Shown: piece by piece, positions 18,601-26,821 of the stretch | How positions within the stretch are numbered: position 1 is the stretch's first letter | Layout: each line of letters begins with the position of its first letter | Assembly: GCA_030636615.1 (NCBI GenBank) | Contig: DAOVWP010000001.1 | Span: forward strand, 1-28,925 | Source of the DNA: Candidatus Nanohaloarchaea archaeon | Lineage (GTDB): Archaea > EX4484-52 > GLR71 | Direction of reading: 5' to 3' | DNA: 28,925 bases | Notes under the pieces: model-generated | Database searches by the model: none | What the model was told of the DNA's origin: nothing | Seen by the model: the letters and a program-made list of their open reading frames with translations, nothing else | Translations under genes and position numbers: made by a program

Positions 18601-20148
18601 ATAGTTCCATGTGTCTCCCGCAGTGATAAGTCTATCATAAGTAATATCTGGAGTCAGTAAATTTCCTGCTGAGTTGATACCGCAACAGATACATGTCCCT
18701 CCACTAGCATTATAGCCGTCTATTTCATTATCAAGAGTTGTCTGATCATCTGTAAGAGATATAACACTGTCAGTTGATGACTCATAAGATACAAGTCCGA
18801 CCATCTGACCATCATTACCAAGTATAGTATTCACAAAATTCTTGTCCAGCTTGATAGCAAGGCTCATACGATCAGTACCATTGTCGTCATCATCTGTGCT
18901 CCATGGCCAATTGAAACCCATACTGCCTGAGACATCAGTAACAAGAACCACATCACTTCCCTGAGAGAGTCCTGTGACATTCCTCATACCTATCCTTATA
19001 GGAATTGTCTTTAGACTAAGGTTTGTATTGTAGCTTTCAAAAAACTGTGAAATTGTGGAATTATCAATTATATGAATGCCTGTATTATTTGTTGAATATA
19101 CCTCCTGATCAGCAATCTTTACATAGAGTGTGTAGTTGTTGAGGATTGATAATGATATGTTTAGCTCTGTCAGATTACCAGGAATATAGAATGAGTCATA
19201 CAGATTTATCAAGCCGGTTATCCCTGGGAGATATAGTACATCTGATACTGTATTGTTGGCTGAGGTATCTGCAAGGGCAATATTCGATACATTATAGGTG
19301 AGTGCGATGTATCCTCCTGCAATATAGCCGAAATTATCGGAAATAAAATTGATTGAAATGTTGTTTCTTCCGGGTTGAATGTAGTTGTAATATGAATTGT
19401 TTAGGGTCCATTTGTCTGATCTCATATACCCCCCACCCATTGATCCATTATAATATATGCCTGCAGGCTGATCATTAAGTGATAATCTGAAGTTCTCATA
19501 AACATTTAGTTCCATTGTAATGTTGATGAGTGAGTCGAAGTCCTGGGGGAGATCGATATATGAAGTGATATTACCCTCACCTACATAACCTCCAAAGTAT
19601 ATGTAATCTGTGAAAAGCTGGGAGTGGATGCTTTCAATATTAAGCCTTGCGACATATCCTCTTCCTGTTGTGTTTGTCTTGTATCCTGAGACAATCCTTG
19701 ATGCAGATGTCACATGTTCGGACAAGTCCAGATCTCCTCTTGAAGCAATCAGATATGTTATATCCTCAGATGTAATTGAAAACTCAAAGTTGATATCTTG
19801 CGGAAATACTGATGAGAGGTAGCCGTAAGTTACATTTTCGGCAAGAGTTGAATGTCCTTCTGCCCAAAGCCGCCCGATTATATCCAAAAGTGATTCATCA
19901 AGGTTTTGCGCAGTTATGTTTGTTGAGCTGAGTATTTCCTGTTTTGTCGATTCTGGAAGTTGTGTACCTTTAGAAAGGGAAAGAAGCTGGGCCGCGTCTT
20001 CCGCCTGATAGTGGAGTTCTTCATAGTTTGAAGAGAGAACCAATGGAGTTGTATCAATATTTATAGTAAGTATATAGAGGGAGAGGATTATCATAAAAGC
20101 AAGCAAAGCATCTATTGTAAAAATTACACCCTTTCTGGATAAATACAT
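15601..20148 (-). CDS. Giant prepilin-like adhesin (RKG/VIFTIDA) with a split von Willebrand factor A domain, 1515 aa
   Basis: Class III-type N-terminus; MIDAS DVSGS (about 18922-18936), GGT (about 18700), VMSDG (about 16661-16675) and IHAIGFG, with an insert of about 650 aa inside the vWA fold. Confidence 0.9.
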   Translation of the reverse strand: MYLSRKGVIFTIDALLAFMIILSLYILTINIDTTPLVLSSNYEELHYQAEDAAQLLSLSKGTQLPESTKQEILSSTNITAQNLDESLLDIIGRLWAEGHSTLAENVTYGYLSSVFPQDINFEFSITSEDITYLIASRGDLDLSEHVTSASRIVSGYKTNTTGRGYVARLNIESIHSQLFTDYIYFGGYVGEGNITSYIDLPQDFDSLINITMELNVYENFRLSLNDQPAGIYYNGSMGGGYMRSDKWTLNNSYYNYIQPGRNNISINFISDNFGYIAGGYIALTYNVSNIALADTSANNTVSDVLYLPGITGLINLYDSFYIPGNLTELNISLSILNNYTLYVKIADQEVYSTNNTGIHIIDNSTISQFFESYNTNLSLKTIPIRIGMRNVTGLSQGSDVVLVTDVSGSMGFNWPWSTDDDDNGTDRMSLAIKLDKNFVNTILGNDGQMVGLVSYESSTDSVISLTDDQTTLDNEIDGYNASGGTCICCGINSAGNLLTPDITYDRLITAGDTWNYTNIAPAPDGLDYNWSDYNYSLESMWSTGNAVLGTDNISGILINTIIDPSSNPNESYMDLWDGYMETPQFNGTTFFCGFNSTDNTPELSGSNDGWDWWRDYVGDSTSDHSRFGDPEGITDYDTNTGSGVYRYDGLSDRTQLEVIIGDDGNSPDNVIDSAAFGVEFYIPQYAIDIINNNGSANYSFLWYADDLDDDLEEGAWIKARFGNSTDMNWLGSDLDHGADAIFEDSSNEVWALVDEHKKGWDGYYYGTFSENISEYINGSGWYYIDFGAKVDWADSDSNGKGSNEGLGAYFRNISFVVSNATDYFVADLWEKNCSPSSSSECVTFSALNYTANTFGLSGAQDGWDWADNPFTDYNNMPESFTIHGDPNGASDQITAGSISVKIGGFDTGYSEYIASGAWGIDFNITTQQYDMISSGAELHIGFDWTVDDEDNDLEEFAWIKARIDYNSTSNYLGRNLDNMSDETNEVWASSTSPSSGFAPDPNSGHFSQDITEYVAGSGKYYLSLGGIVDWVNRSGTKSDNEGIEILFDNICLKLVNSSGTDTYYFRKHFNITNMTEMKLLLNLLADGYANVYINGNLVHEQSHDDTPAKYWNSEEIVIRTSNLVIGDNVIAVELVNPNVSAKFDLELILTDLRNKFIIVMSDGAATTSCAAQSTGSSSVDAIKAACDLHRDYGVIIHAIGFGSESDAFTMRGIADCGRGDYYLSNDAQQLILIYESIANALVRYDSQVATLTGDFSNIILYPISNISYSYIQESSENYGNITLDMESGLFSSFSGDDIDMPFKRGQLMVPNNTHVSQAKVISYSSEWWTDEINISSDITSNGSVIYSLYDYNSLYQSLGDPFIIDIPLQYISSGKYNYVNVRTGLDPNNPKGGSPDNKIIYKLKVRSYVDYGEVFTESEGCIWEVEFYDATTTNITVPSDYSGSDLCYYTNSSQTLTTDDAYIDAAYRLFETLDNNMDHRLDVVLISDNINFRPSFISDIPWLWGPIVTTLSIGD
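16981..18429 (-). repeat. Two tandem protein repeats (period 253 aa) inside the vWA adhesin
   Basis: DLW starts at 18429 and 17670 (759 nt apart). Shared motifs in order: SGxxDGWDW, GDP, S(A/G)A(F/W)G, DDxDxDLEExAWIKAR, (W/Y)LGxxLD, NEVWA, FSxxIxEY, GSGxYY, VDW, NEG, FxNI. Confidence 0.9.
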
Positions 20149-20224
20149 AAAGCTTAATTTGTATGCAAGCTATTTATTAGTTGCAGAGTACATTGAGAAT
20201 TATAAGAGTATGTTTTATATAATT

Positions 20225-21268
20225 TCAATAAATATCAAGTGTTTTTTTAGTTGAATATGTATTTTTTCCTGTTTTATAGTCTGCAGAGTTAAGATGTTCC
20301 AACAGCCCGTTGTTTATATAAATATTTTCGAGATCTGTAAAGCTTCCTGTTATCTCTTTGAAAAACGTATCTAATCTTTTTCCGTTTTCTATACAAGTAA
20401 TTCTTATATCCTGTTCCGGTGTTTTAAGACTAGTCTTGTATCCTTCGATGACTTCAGCAGGCGTTTTTAATGTTGTCTGGAATGTATTAGGCCCTTTCTG
20501 GTTTATGATATCGTATATCTCTTTGCTGCTCATTGTGAAAAATGCACTATTGTTTTTTGTATTCTTTTTTATTTTATTTTCCAGTCTGTTTATCTCTGCT
20601 GTATCTCCCAATTCTATCTTTTCTATGTCCAGTTTGAATTCTTCTACTTTTTTTGCGAAATTCAGATTGTATTCTTTTATATACTCATAAGGTATGAGCA
20701 CTATATCTTTAATATGAAGATGCTTTGCAACTTCCGGTATGCTGTTTATATTCCTGATTTCTGTATCCAGTGTGTATAGGTAGCATATTATCATCAGATC
20801 AGAGTTTATATTTAGGTCAGATGCCCATTTATTGGCCTGTGTCATATATTTTATTACCTGTCCAAAATTCATGCTGATTGGTGGTATGTCCTTTCCTTCA
20901 GTCTGCATTTTTGCTTTCATCTCATAGATGTTTATGCTGTCGTATGCTTGTGAAACATTTAAAAAATCAGGGCATATCAGCTTCTCTGGCAGAATGTCAC
21001 TTTCGTGAGTTATCTGTCCGTAGATTCTGTTCAATACAGAGTTTTTAAAATTATCCGGCTCAAAAGAAAGTATATTCTGTTGATTTGGGGGATAGGGGCA
21101 GAGCATTCCATCTGATATGTCTGTGAAGAATTGCTTAAAGCATTTTATGTTATGTGTAGGATAAAAATTCAAAATATTTTTGATATGGTTTGCAGAAACT
21201 AATGTTATCCAGTTCTTGTAAAGCTGAGTGTGCGGATTGTGGTTGTTAGAGCTTTTTTTCTTAAGCAT
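20225..21268 (-). CDS. Hypothetical cytoplasmic protein, possible PD-(D/E)xK nuclease fold
   Basis: 347-aa ORF with no signal peptide or TM; contains PD-x12-EMK followed by GQVIKY (QxxxY). The nuclease call rests on motifs only. Confidence 0.6.
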   Translation of the reverse strand: MLKKKSSNNHNPHTQLYKNWITLVSANHIKNILNFYPTHNIKCFKQFFTDISDGMLCPYPPNQQNILSFEPDNFKNSVLNRIYGQITHESDILPEKLICPDFLNVSQAYDSINIYEMKAKMQTEGKDIPPISMNFGQVIKYMTQANKWASDLNINSDLMIICYLYTLDTEIRNINSIPEVAKHLHIKDIVLIPYEYIKEYNLNFAKKVEEFKLDIEKIELGDTAEINRLENKIKKNTKNNSAFFTMSSKEIYDIINQKGPNTFQTTLKTPAEVIEGYKTSLKTPEQDIRITCIENGKRLDTFFKEITGSFTDLENIYINNGLLEHLNSADYKTGKNTYSTKKTLDIY

Positions 21269-21321
21269 AAGAATTTATTCTTTGAAAAATTTAATAAGTT
21301 TTTAGAATATATGATATTGTT

Positions 21322-21380
21322 AAAAAAAAAGAAGAAAAATTTTAAAAATATAAAAAAGAGAATCGGAGTTTTCCGATTCC
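21322..21380 (-). terminator. Stem-loop plus oligo-T terminator after the secreted subunit gene
   Basis: Minus strand GAATCGGA-AAAC-TCCGATTC (8-bp perfect stem, 21360-21379) begins 12 nt after the stop at 21392 and is followed by TCTTTTTTATATTTTT and a T9 run. Confidence 0.8.
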
Positions 21381-21391
21381 TAATCTTATTT

Positions 21392-22279
21392 TTAATATGT
21401 TCCACTAATTGTCAGAGTTCCTGTTGTAGTGTTTCCTGCAGGCATTCCGTAAGGTATTGATGCGAATATGCTTATTGAAAATTCTGATCCCGGTATTAAA
21501 TTAGCAGCTCTTAAATAGTCTCTATTAGTGCATGCAGGGAATGTTGTTGAATAATCGTTTTTATATATGTAGATCCTATCACAATTGACTGATGTTGCTA
21601 CACAGTGTCCGGTAAGCGGACCATCAACACATGCAAATGTTCCCCATGTAGTACCAACTGTAATAGCCCCACAATCAGATGGATCTGCTGTATGATCACG
21701 GCTCATATCTGTGTCATTTTCAGGAATCTCCGATATTATGAATATAGTACCTGTATCATTGCATTTTCCATCCGTACCGTTTTCAACTTTCCAGATATAC
21801 TCATTCCCTGAGGCATTTCTGTACCAGCCATGAGAAAAATTAGTTGTTCCTGATTCAAGATCTAAAGTCTCTTCACTAAGGACTGCTGAAAGGTTCCATT
21901 CAAAACGACCAACATGGTAATAATCTGTTTCTGTTGAATTTCTGACTAAAACGAGGCCTGGAGCGGAATATTTACTTGTATTTGCTGTAGGGAGAGGGTT
22001 TGTTGCTTCGTCAGTGATTGCACTTGAAGTTATATATACATTACTTACATTTGCTGAACCTTTGTTTTTTATTATTACATTTGTTTTACTAGTATCTGCG
22101 CCTGGATTTACCTCAGTCCATGAAACAGAAGTTGGATTTACAACGATTGTTCCAACTGAAGAGATATTTATTGTTACAGTCACTGTATCTGTTGTATCTG
22201 CTGCAAATGTAGCTGGGCCATTTATTAATGCAAAAATAATTATTGCCAATGTAAGAGATATTATATATTTTTTATTCAT
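21392..22279 (-). CDS. Secreted beta-rich putative filament/surface subunit (about 295 aa), no membrane anchor
   Basis: Sec signal MNKKYIISLTLAIIIFALINGPATFA; mature N-terminal strand TVTVTINI; VNPG...IKNKGS motif; six Cys; C-terminal IPYGMPAGNTTTGTLTISGTY. ATG at 22279 has GAGTGA 5 nt upstream (the ORF track starts at GTG 22288). Confidence 0.85.
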   Translation of the reverse strand: MNKKYIISLTLAIIIFALINGPATFAADTTDTVTVTINISSVGTIVVNPTSVSWTEVNPGADTSKTNVIIKNKGSANVSNVYITSSAITDEATNPLPTANTSKYSAPGLVLVRNSTETDYYHVGRFEWNLSAVLSEETLDLESGTTNFSHGWYRNASGNEYIWKVENGTDGKCNDTGTIFIISEIPENDTDMSRDHTADPSDCGAITVGTTWGTFACVDGPLTGHCVATSVNCDRIYIYKNDYSTTFPACTNRDYLRAANLIPGSEFSISIFASIPYGMPAGNTTTGTLTISGTY

Positions 22280-22321
22280 ATCAATCACTCTTAATATTAT
22301 AGTTCTATTTTGTCTGAGGGC

Positions 22322-22339
22322 TATATATATGTGTTTCGG
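22322..22339 (-). promoter_or_regulatory. Putative BRE + TATA box dedicated to the secreted subunit gene
   Basis: Minus strand CCGAAACACA-TATATATA, about 43 nt upstream of the ATG at 22279, in the short intergenic gap. Confidence 0.65.
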
Positions 22340-22364
22340 TTATATTTTGTACTACTTTACCATA

Positions 22365-23708
22365 CTAAACAGGATTCTCTTCGACTCTGATCTCTTTTTT
22401 CTTTTTGCGTTTATATATATACATTTCACCTATTGCCATTACGATTATGATTGCAAGTAATATAAAAAGCCAGATTGCAGGGGAAAACACAATAAGCGTA
22501 CGAGAGGTTCTTAAATTGGCAAGTTCAAGGGCGGCTTCTTCCATATGCTCTCTTGTTTCCTTAAGATACACTCGTACATTATCATAATCTCCTTCATAAT
22601 AATAGTTTTTTGCGATATTAAGGTCTGAATCAGCAAGAGATATATGCTGATCAAGAACAGTTGTATTTTCGCCATCAATATAGAGTTTATCACTTTCACT
22701 TTTTAATCGTGTTATGATATACATATAATTCAATATAGTGTTCATAAGATCCTCACCAGGAGGTAAAGGCCCTACAGCAACATCAATGTGCCCGGTTCTG
22801 TTGCCTTTATCAAAAAGAATCTCAAAATCCATTGGATATGTACGATTGTCAATATCGTATGGTACATCAAGGTTTATCATAAATATAGCAGATTGGTTCC
22901 CTTTTAATGTCTGGATATTTTTTGGTTGCGCATCTATCTTAATATCCCCAATAATACTTGGTAAAAGCATCATTCTTCTAAGTGTCATTGTGCCAATATT
23001 ATTGACTATAACATAAACAACAGATGATTGTCCTGGTTGAACATAGATCTTATCCGGATGTGAAAGTGTAACCAATATCCTGCCAGAGTCAAGTATATCT
23101 GAATCAAATGATGTATATGGGTAATGATCAACATAGCCTGATCCTGAACCATCAATCACGCCAGATCCACCAGAACTGCCGGTCCCTCCAGTACCACTAG
23201 AGTCACCAGTTCCGCCAGAACCACCAGACGGTATAACTATAGCATAATATGGATCCACATAGAATGTTCCCCACGCATCAGCAGTCTTATCTGCATATGA
23301 AATAATCAGGTGCATCCAATAAAAACCATAATTTAACGGAGTATATCTAAACTTATCATAATTTCGCTCACCTGGGTTCATAAACTTTATCAATCCAGTG
23401 CGATTTGCAAGCACAGTCGTATTCTCATCATAAGCACCAATCAACAGCAATGACTCTTTTGTGTATGAAGTGCTTCCCGGATTCAAGAATTCGACATCTA
23501 TCTCCATCTTTGAATACTGTTTAATCCTAGAAGGATACTTAAAGTAGATAATCCTGCCATCATCAATAGAATTTATAGATACACCAATCTCACTAAATAT
23601 TGCGTTCCCTGTGATTAATGAATCTGTAGTAGAAGACAGAACTAGAATCATAATAAAAAGACTAATAATGCTGATTAAGAAGGTAAGGAGGTATTTTCTA
23701 TTAATCAT
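22365..23708 (-). CDS. Membrane-anchored surface protein: two Ig/CARDB-like domains, Gly-Ser linker, helical stalk, C-terminal TM (about 447 aa)
   Basis: N-terminal hydrophobic signal, GGSGGTGDSSGTGGTGSSGGSG linker, VYVIVNNIG...PKNIQTL CARDB/NEW3-like segment, C-terminal TM plus KRKKKK tail. ATG at 23708 preferred over 23729. Confidence 0.82.
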   Translation of the reverse strand: MINRKYLLTFLISIISLFIMILVLSSTTDSLITGNAIFSEIGVSINSIDDGRIIYFKYPSRIKQYSKMEIDVEFLNPGSTSYTKESLLLIGAYDENTTVLANRTGLIKFMNPGERNYDKFRYTPLNYGFYWMHLIISYADKTADAWGTFYVDPYYAIVIPSGGSGGTGDSSGTGGTGSSGGSGVIDGSGSGYVDHYPYTSFDSDILDSGRILVTLSHPDKIYVQPGQSSVVYVIVNNIGTMTLRRMMLLPSIIGDIKIDAQPKNIQTLKGNQSAIFMINLDVPYDIDNRTYPMDFEILFDKGNRTGHIDVAVGPLPPGEDLMNTILNYMYIITRLKSESDKLYIDGENTTVLDQHISLADSDLNIAKNYYYEGDYDNVRVYLKETREHMEEAALELANLRTSRTLIVFSPAIWLFILLAIIIVMAIGEMYIYKRKKKKEIRVEENPV

Positions 23709-24378
23709 ACTTATATATCCCCCATGCAATCACCAGAATAAATATAAAAACAAACAAGATTATAGCCATTTTTATATATTGATCCATCCGGGTTGGTTGT
23801 ACTGTTTCTGCAGATTGTGTGCCGCTTTCGTGATGTGTGACTATAGGGCTTATATCAACAGAAACTGTTTTAGGCCCTATATCTTCATTAGGTATATCCG
23901 GATATAAATCTTTTGTCACATAGACATCAAAAAAGAACAGGCGTTCCTGCCTTAGGGAAAAACCGGATATTGCATCGTTTCCGCCGGCAATGGCTTTCAA
24001 GACAATAATATGGTGACCTTGTTTTTCATATTTTGGAACAGATACATAGACATTTACCATAGCCGCGCTTACTGTCTTTTTAAGACGTGGGATGTATATA
24101 TGTTCAATATTCCCGGAATACATATCATCAAGATAAAACTCAGGGGGGTCTAAAATGACATCCCAATCTTTGGGTACATCAATGTTTTTCAATTTAACAT
24201 CATAACCTGAACCATCAGTATTCCAGAATAAAAGATTAAATTTAATTGTATCCCCAGGGGTAACATTTTGACTTGCAGATTTCTGTAGAGTGCCAAGATT
24301 GAATGCATCTACCGGTTGTGATAAAATACATGCAGTCAATATTGCAATCAATATGATCTTATGGTTGCTGACTTCCAT
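23701..24378 (-). CDS. Small secreted single Ig-like domain protein with C-terminal TM anchor (225 aa)
   Basis: Signal peptide ending QPVDA; VTPGDTIKFNLLFWN beta pattern; C-terminal AIILFVFIFILVIAWGIY. Coupled to neighbours by 20-nt and 8-nt overlaps. Confidence 0.82.
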   Translation of the reverse strand: MEVSNHKIILIAILTACILSQPVDAFNLGTLQKSASQNVTPGDTIKFNLLFWNTDGSGYDVKLKNIDVPKDWDVILDPPEFYLDDMYSGNIEHIYIPRLKKTVSAAMVNVYVSVPKYEKQGHHIIVLKAIAGGNDAISGFSLRQERLFFFDVYVTKDLYPDIPNEDIGPKTVSVDISPIVTHHESGTQSAETVQPTRMDQYIKMAIILFVFIFILVIAWGIYKYD

Positions 24379-26821
24379 TTACAACACCCTGTATATATAT
24401 AGTTCCATTATAATTATCAGCAAATATTGGTGGTATATTGATCCAGTACCACATAGTTATATTTGTCAATGATGACACATTAAACTTTAAAGGCATATAT
24501 GTCTTTGTCAGATTATATGAAGTAGTATATAAATTTGAACTGTTGCTCCATGTAAAATTTCCTACACTAAGAATATGCTTCGTCTTATATCCTTCCATAT
24601 CTGTTCCTTTTATATATAGATCCGTATCGCAGCTACCATCATTTATTGTTATATTATAAAGATCATCATTATTGCCCAATGCAGGATTTTCATAAGTATT
24701 AGGCATTAGAGGATTTGAGAAATTTATATATTCCCAATTGACTGTAAGATCCACAACACAAGGCACTACTGAAATTTCTGATGATAATGTAGTGTTCAAA
24801 GTGGTCCAGCCGGAGTCTGAGCTGAAATTGACATCCAGTTTCCATAGATTGAAATCAGGATCAGTAGCATTCACTATCCAGGAAATATTGCAATATTCAT
24901 TTTCAGATAATGGATTTGTTACACAGGATTTTGTAGATAGTGGTGATGCTTCATCAATGAAGAACGGTTCAGCACCATATGTTATATCTATTGCTGTGTC
25001 CGGATCTGATGATGTCTTATTATAGCGCACTGTCGCAAACACATTGCCGCAATTACCTTCTGCGCATATGACTGTCGCATTTACGATAAATTGCGTATTC
25101 CGTATTATATTTGTAGTAAAAACTGTACTTGGTTCTATAAGTTCAACTTCAAGCGTTGTATTAAATGTAAAATAAACAACAGTACTGTTGAGATTTCCGG
25201 CAGTATCATTTGCATATATAGTTATATTATTAAAGCCTTCTGTTGCTGTTATTGTTGTGTTGGGGTCAAAGGTCACGTTTGAATTTCCATTAAGGCTATA
25301 TTGCCAAGTATCAATAGACTCCTCGGCGCTGACATTAAGGTCAAGTTGTTTGTTAAAATATGTAATGTTCTCTGGCGAATAAAGATATAATACAGGAAGC
25401 ACTGTATCAACTGTAAAATATACAGTCACTTCAGATTCGTTCATATTGCCTGAACTATCGTTGCAGGAATATATGATGTAATGAGATAACTCAGGGAGGC
25501 CTTCTATAAGGCTGTACCAGTCGGTCGCAGATGTGTTTGACATTGTGATATTTGCTGCGCCGTCAAGAGAGTAGCCGCACCATGAACCGTTTTCATTAAG
25601 TGTCAGGTTTGCCCAGACAGAAGTTGAATTATATGACTTGTTCAATGGGAATTGGATTGTGATTTCCGGGGGTATTGTATCAACTGTACTGAAACTATAT
25701 ATTTCAGATACATTCATGTTTCCTGCAGTATCGTTAGCATATACCAGCCAGCTTATAATAGAGTCTACAGTTGAGTTGATCTGCTTGCTGACATTTGACC
25801 AATTACCTGTTCCGATCATACTGACATAAGTATCATTTTCAAATGTTTCGTTGCCATTATCAAAAGAAAATATATAACCTGCAAGAGCATAATCTGTCCA
25901 GTAAAGACTGAACAGCACATCTGTTCCGGCTTCAGTAGAATTTGTCTGATTTAAAGAATATTCAGGATACTCCGTATCGACGGTAAAATATACTGTGACT
26001 TCTGATTCGTTCATATTGCCTGAAGTGTCATTACACGAAAATATGATGTTATGACTTGACTCAGATAAGCCCTCAACAAGGCTGTTCCAGTTGCCGGTTG
26101 TATTTGACATAGTTACATTAGCTGCACCGTCAAGCGAATAGCCGCACCATTCACCCTCTTCATCAAGCGTTAGGTTTGCCCAGACAGAATCAATATCATA
26201 AGATTTGTTTAAAGGCGACTGAACTGTCAATTGCGGAGCTACTTCATCATCATAAATCAATACAAGATCAATCTCATCCCAAAAATTTCTGATCATAGGA
26301 ATATCAGATATTGAAGTCTCAACAGAATTATACAGTTTTATTTTGTATGTGCCAGTCGAAGAAAAATTATTTATACCAATACCAATAGACTCTGAAGTAT
26401 ATACAGCATCATCTGCAGTTGATGAACGCGAAAAAAGCTGGACTTCAGAACTGTCTGGTTTTATCAGAAATACTTTTATAATATTTGCTGTTGGAGCTGC
26501 AAGATCCCAAGTCTGCTTATATGAGAATAATGCAGTTGCAGAAGTAATAGTCCCTGGATTTGACCAAGTACTACCATCATTGGTGAGATTTCCTGAGACG
26601 CTATACCCTGTATCATCCAGGCTATCATTGACTTCAAAAATCCACACACCTGGGTCATCCTTTCCGCCAGAGATACTAAAATTTGATTCTGCAATATCAC
26701 TAAGATCATCTTCAGAATAGGTCCAACCGACAGAACTACCAGAAGTAAAATTACCATTAACTATAAAATTCTGCTGAAGTGAATAGATTGATGGCAATAA
26801 AATAACTAGTACTATCAACAA
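24359..26821 (-). CDS. Large secreted Ig-repeat protein (820+ aa) with a C-terminal subunit-like domain; true start probably at 26843 or 26847, across a T7 run
   Basis: Truncated-looking signal peptide, N-terminal NGNF jelly-roll-like domain, four Ig-like repeats (YxNDTxGN motif), a Cys-paired domain, and a C-terminal IPP...YNGTIYIQG domain; no TM anchor. Confidence 0.85.
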   Translation of the reverse strand: MLIVLVILLPSIYSLQQNFIVNGNFTSGSSVGWTYSEDDLSDIAESNFSISGGKDDPGVWIFEVNDSLDDTGYSVSGNLTNDGSTWSNPGTITSATALFSYKQTWDLAAPTANIIKVFLIKPDSSEVQLFSRSSTADDAVYTSESIGIGINNFSSTGTYKIKLYNSVETSISDIPMIRNFWDEIDLVLIYDDEVAPQLTVQSPLNKSYDIDSVWANLTLDEEGEWCGYSLDGAANVTMSNTTGNWNSLVEGLSESSHNIIFSCNDTSGNMNESEVTVYFTVDTEYPEYSLNQTNSTEAGTDVLFSLYWTDYALAGYIFSFDNGNETFENDTYVSMIGTGNWSNVSKQINSTVDSIISWLVYANDTAGNMNVSEIYSFSTVDTIPPEITIQFPLNKSYNSTSVWANLTLNENGSWCGYSLDGAANITMSNTSATDWYSLIEGLPELSHYIIYSCNDSSGNMNESEVTVYFTVDTVLPVLYLYSPENITYFNKQLDLNVSAEESIDTWQYSLNGNSNVTFDPNTTITATEGFNNITIYANDTAGNLNSTVVYFTFNTTLEVELIEPSTVFTTNIIRNTQFIVNATVICAEGNCGNVFATVRYNKTSSDPDTAIDITYGAEPFFIDEASPLSTKSCVTNPLSENEYCNISWIVNATDPDFNLWKLDVNFSSDSGWTTLNTTLSSEISVVPCVVDLTVNWEYINFSNPLMPNTYENPALGNNDDLYNITINDGSCDTDLYIKGTDMEGYKTKHILSVGNFTWSNSSNLYTTSYNLTKTYMPLKFNVSSLTNITMWYWINIPPIFADNYNGTIYIQGVVNGSQQP
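25404..26236 (-). repeat. Two highly similar Ig-like repeats of about 88 aa (about 25975-26236 and 25404-25668)
   Basis: Both contain PLNKSY-x3-SVWANLTL, WCGYSLDGAANxTMSNT and SCNDxSGNMNESEVTVYFTVDT; similarity is also clear at DNA level. Confidence 0.9.

Noticed and set aside
16693-18654. Intein as the explanation for the vWA insert
   Set aside because: No Cys/Ser-start and His-Asn-end splice motifs or LAGLIDADG blocks; the insert looks like extracellular binding domains.
21205-21460. Small ORFs (66 aa minus, 76 aa plus) across the AT-rich gap
   Set aside because: They are translations of the poly-A/T terminator region and overlap real genes.
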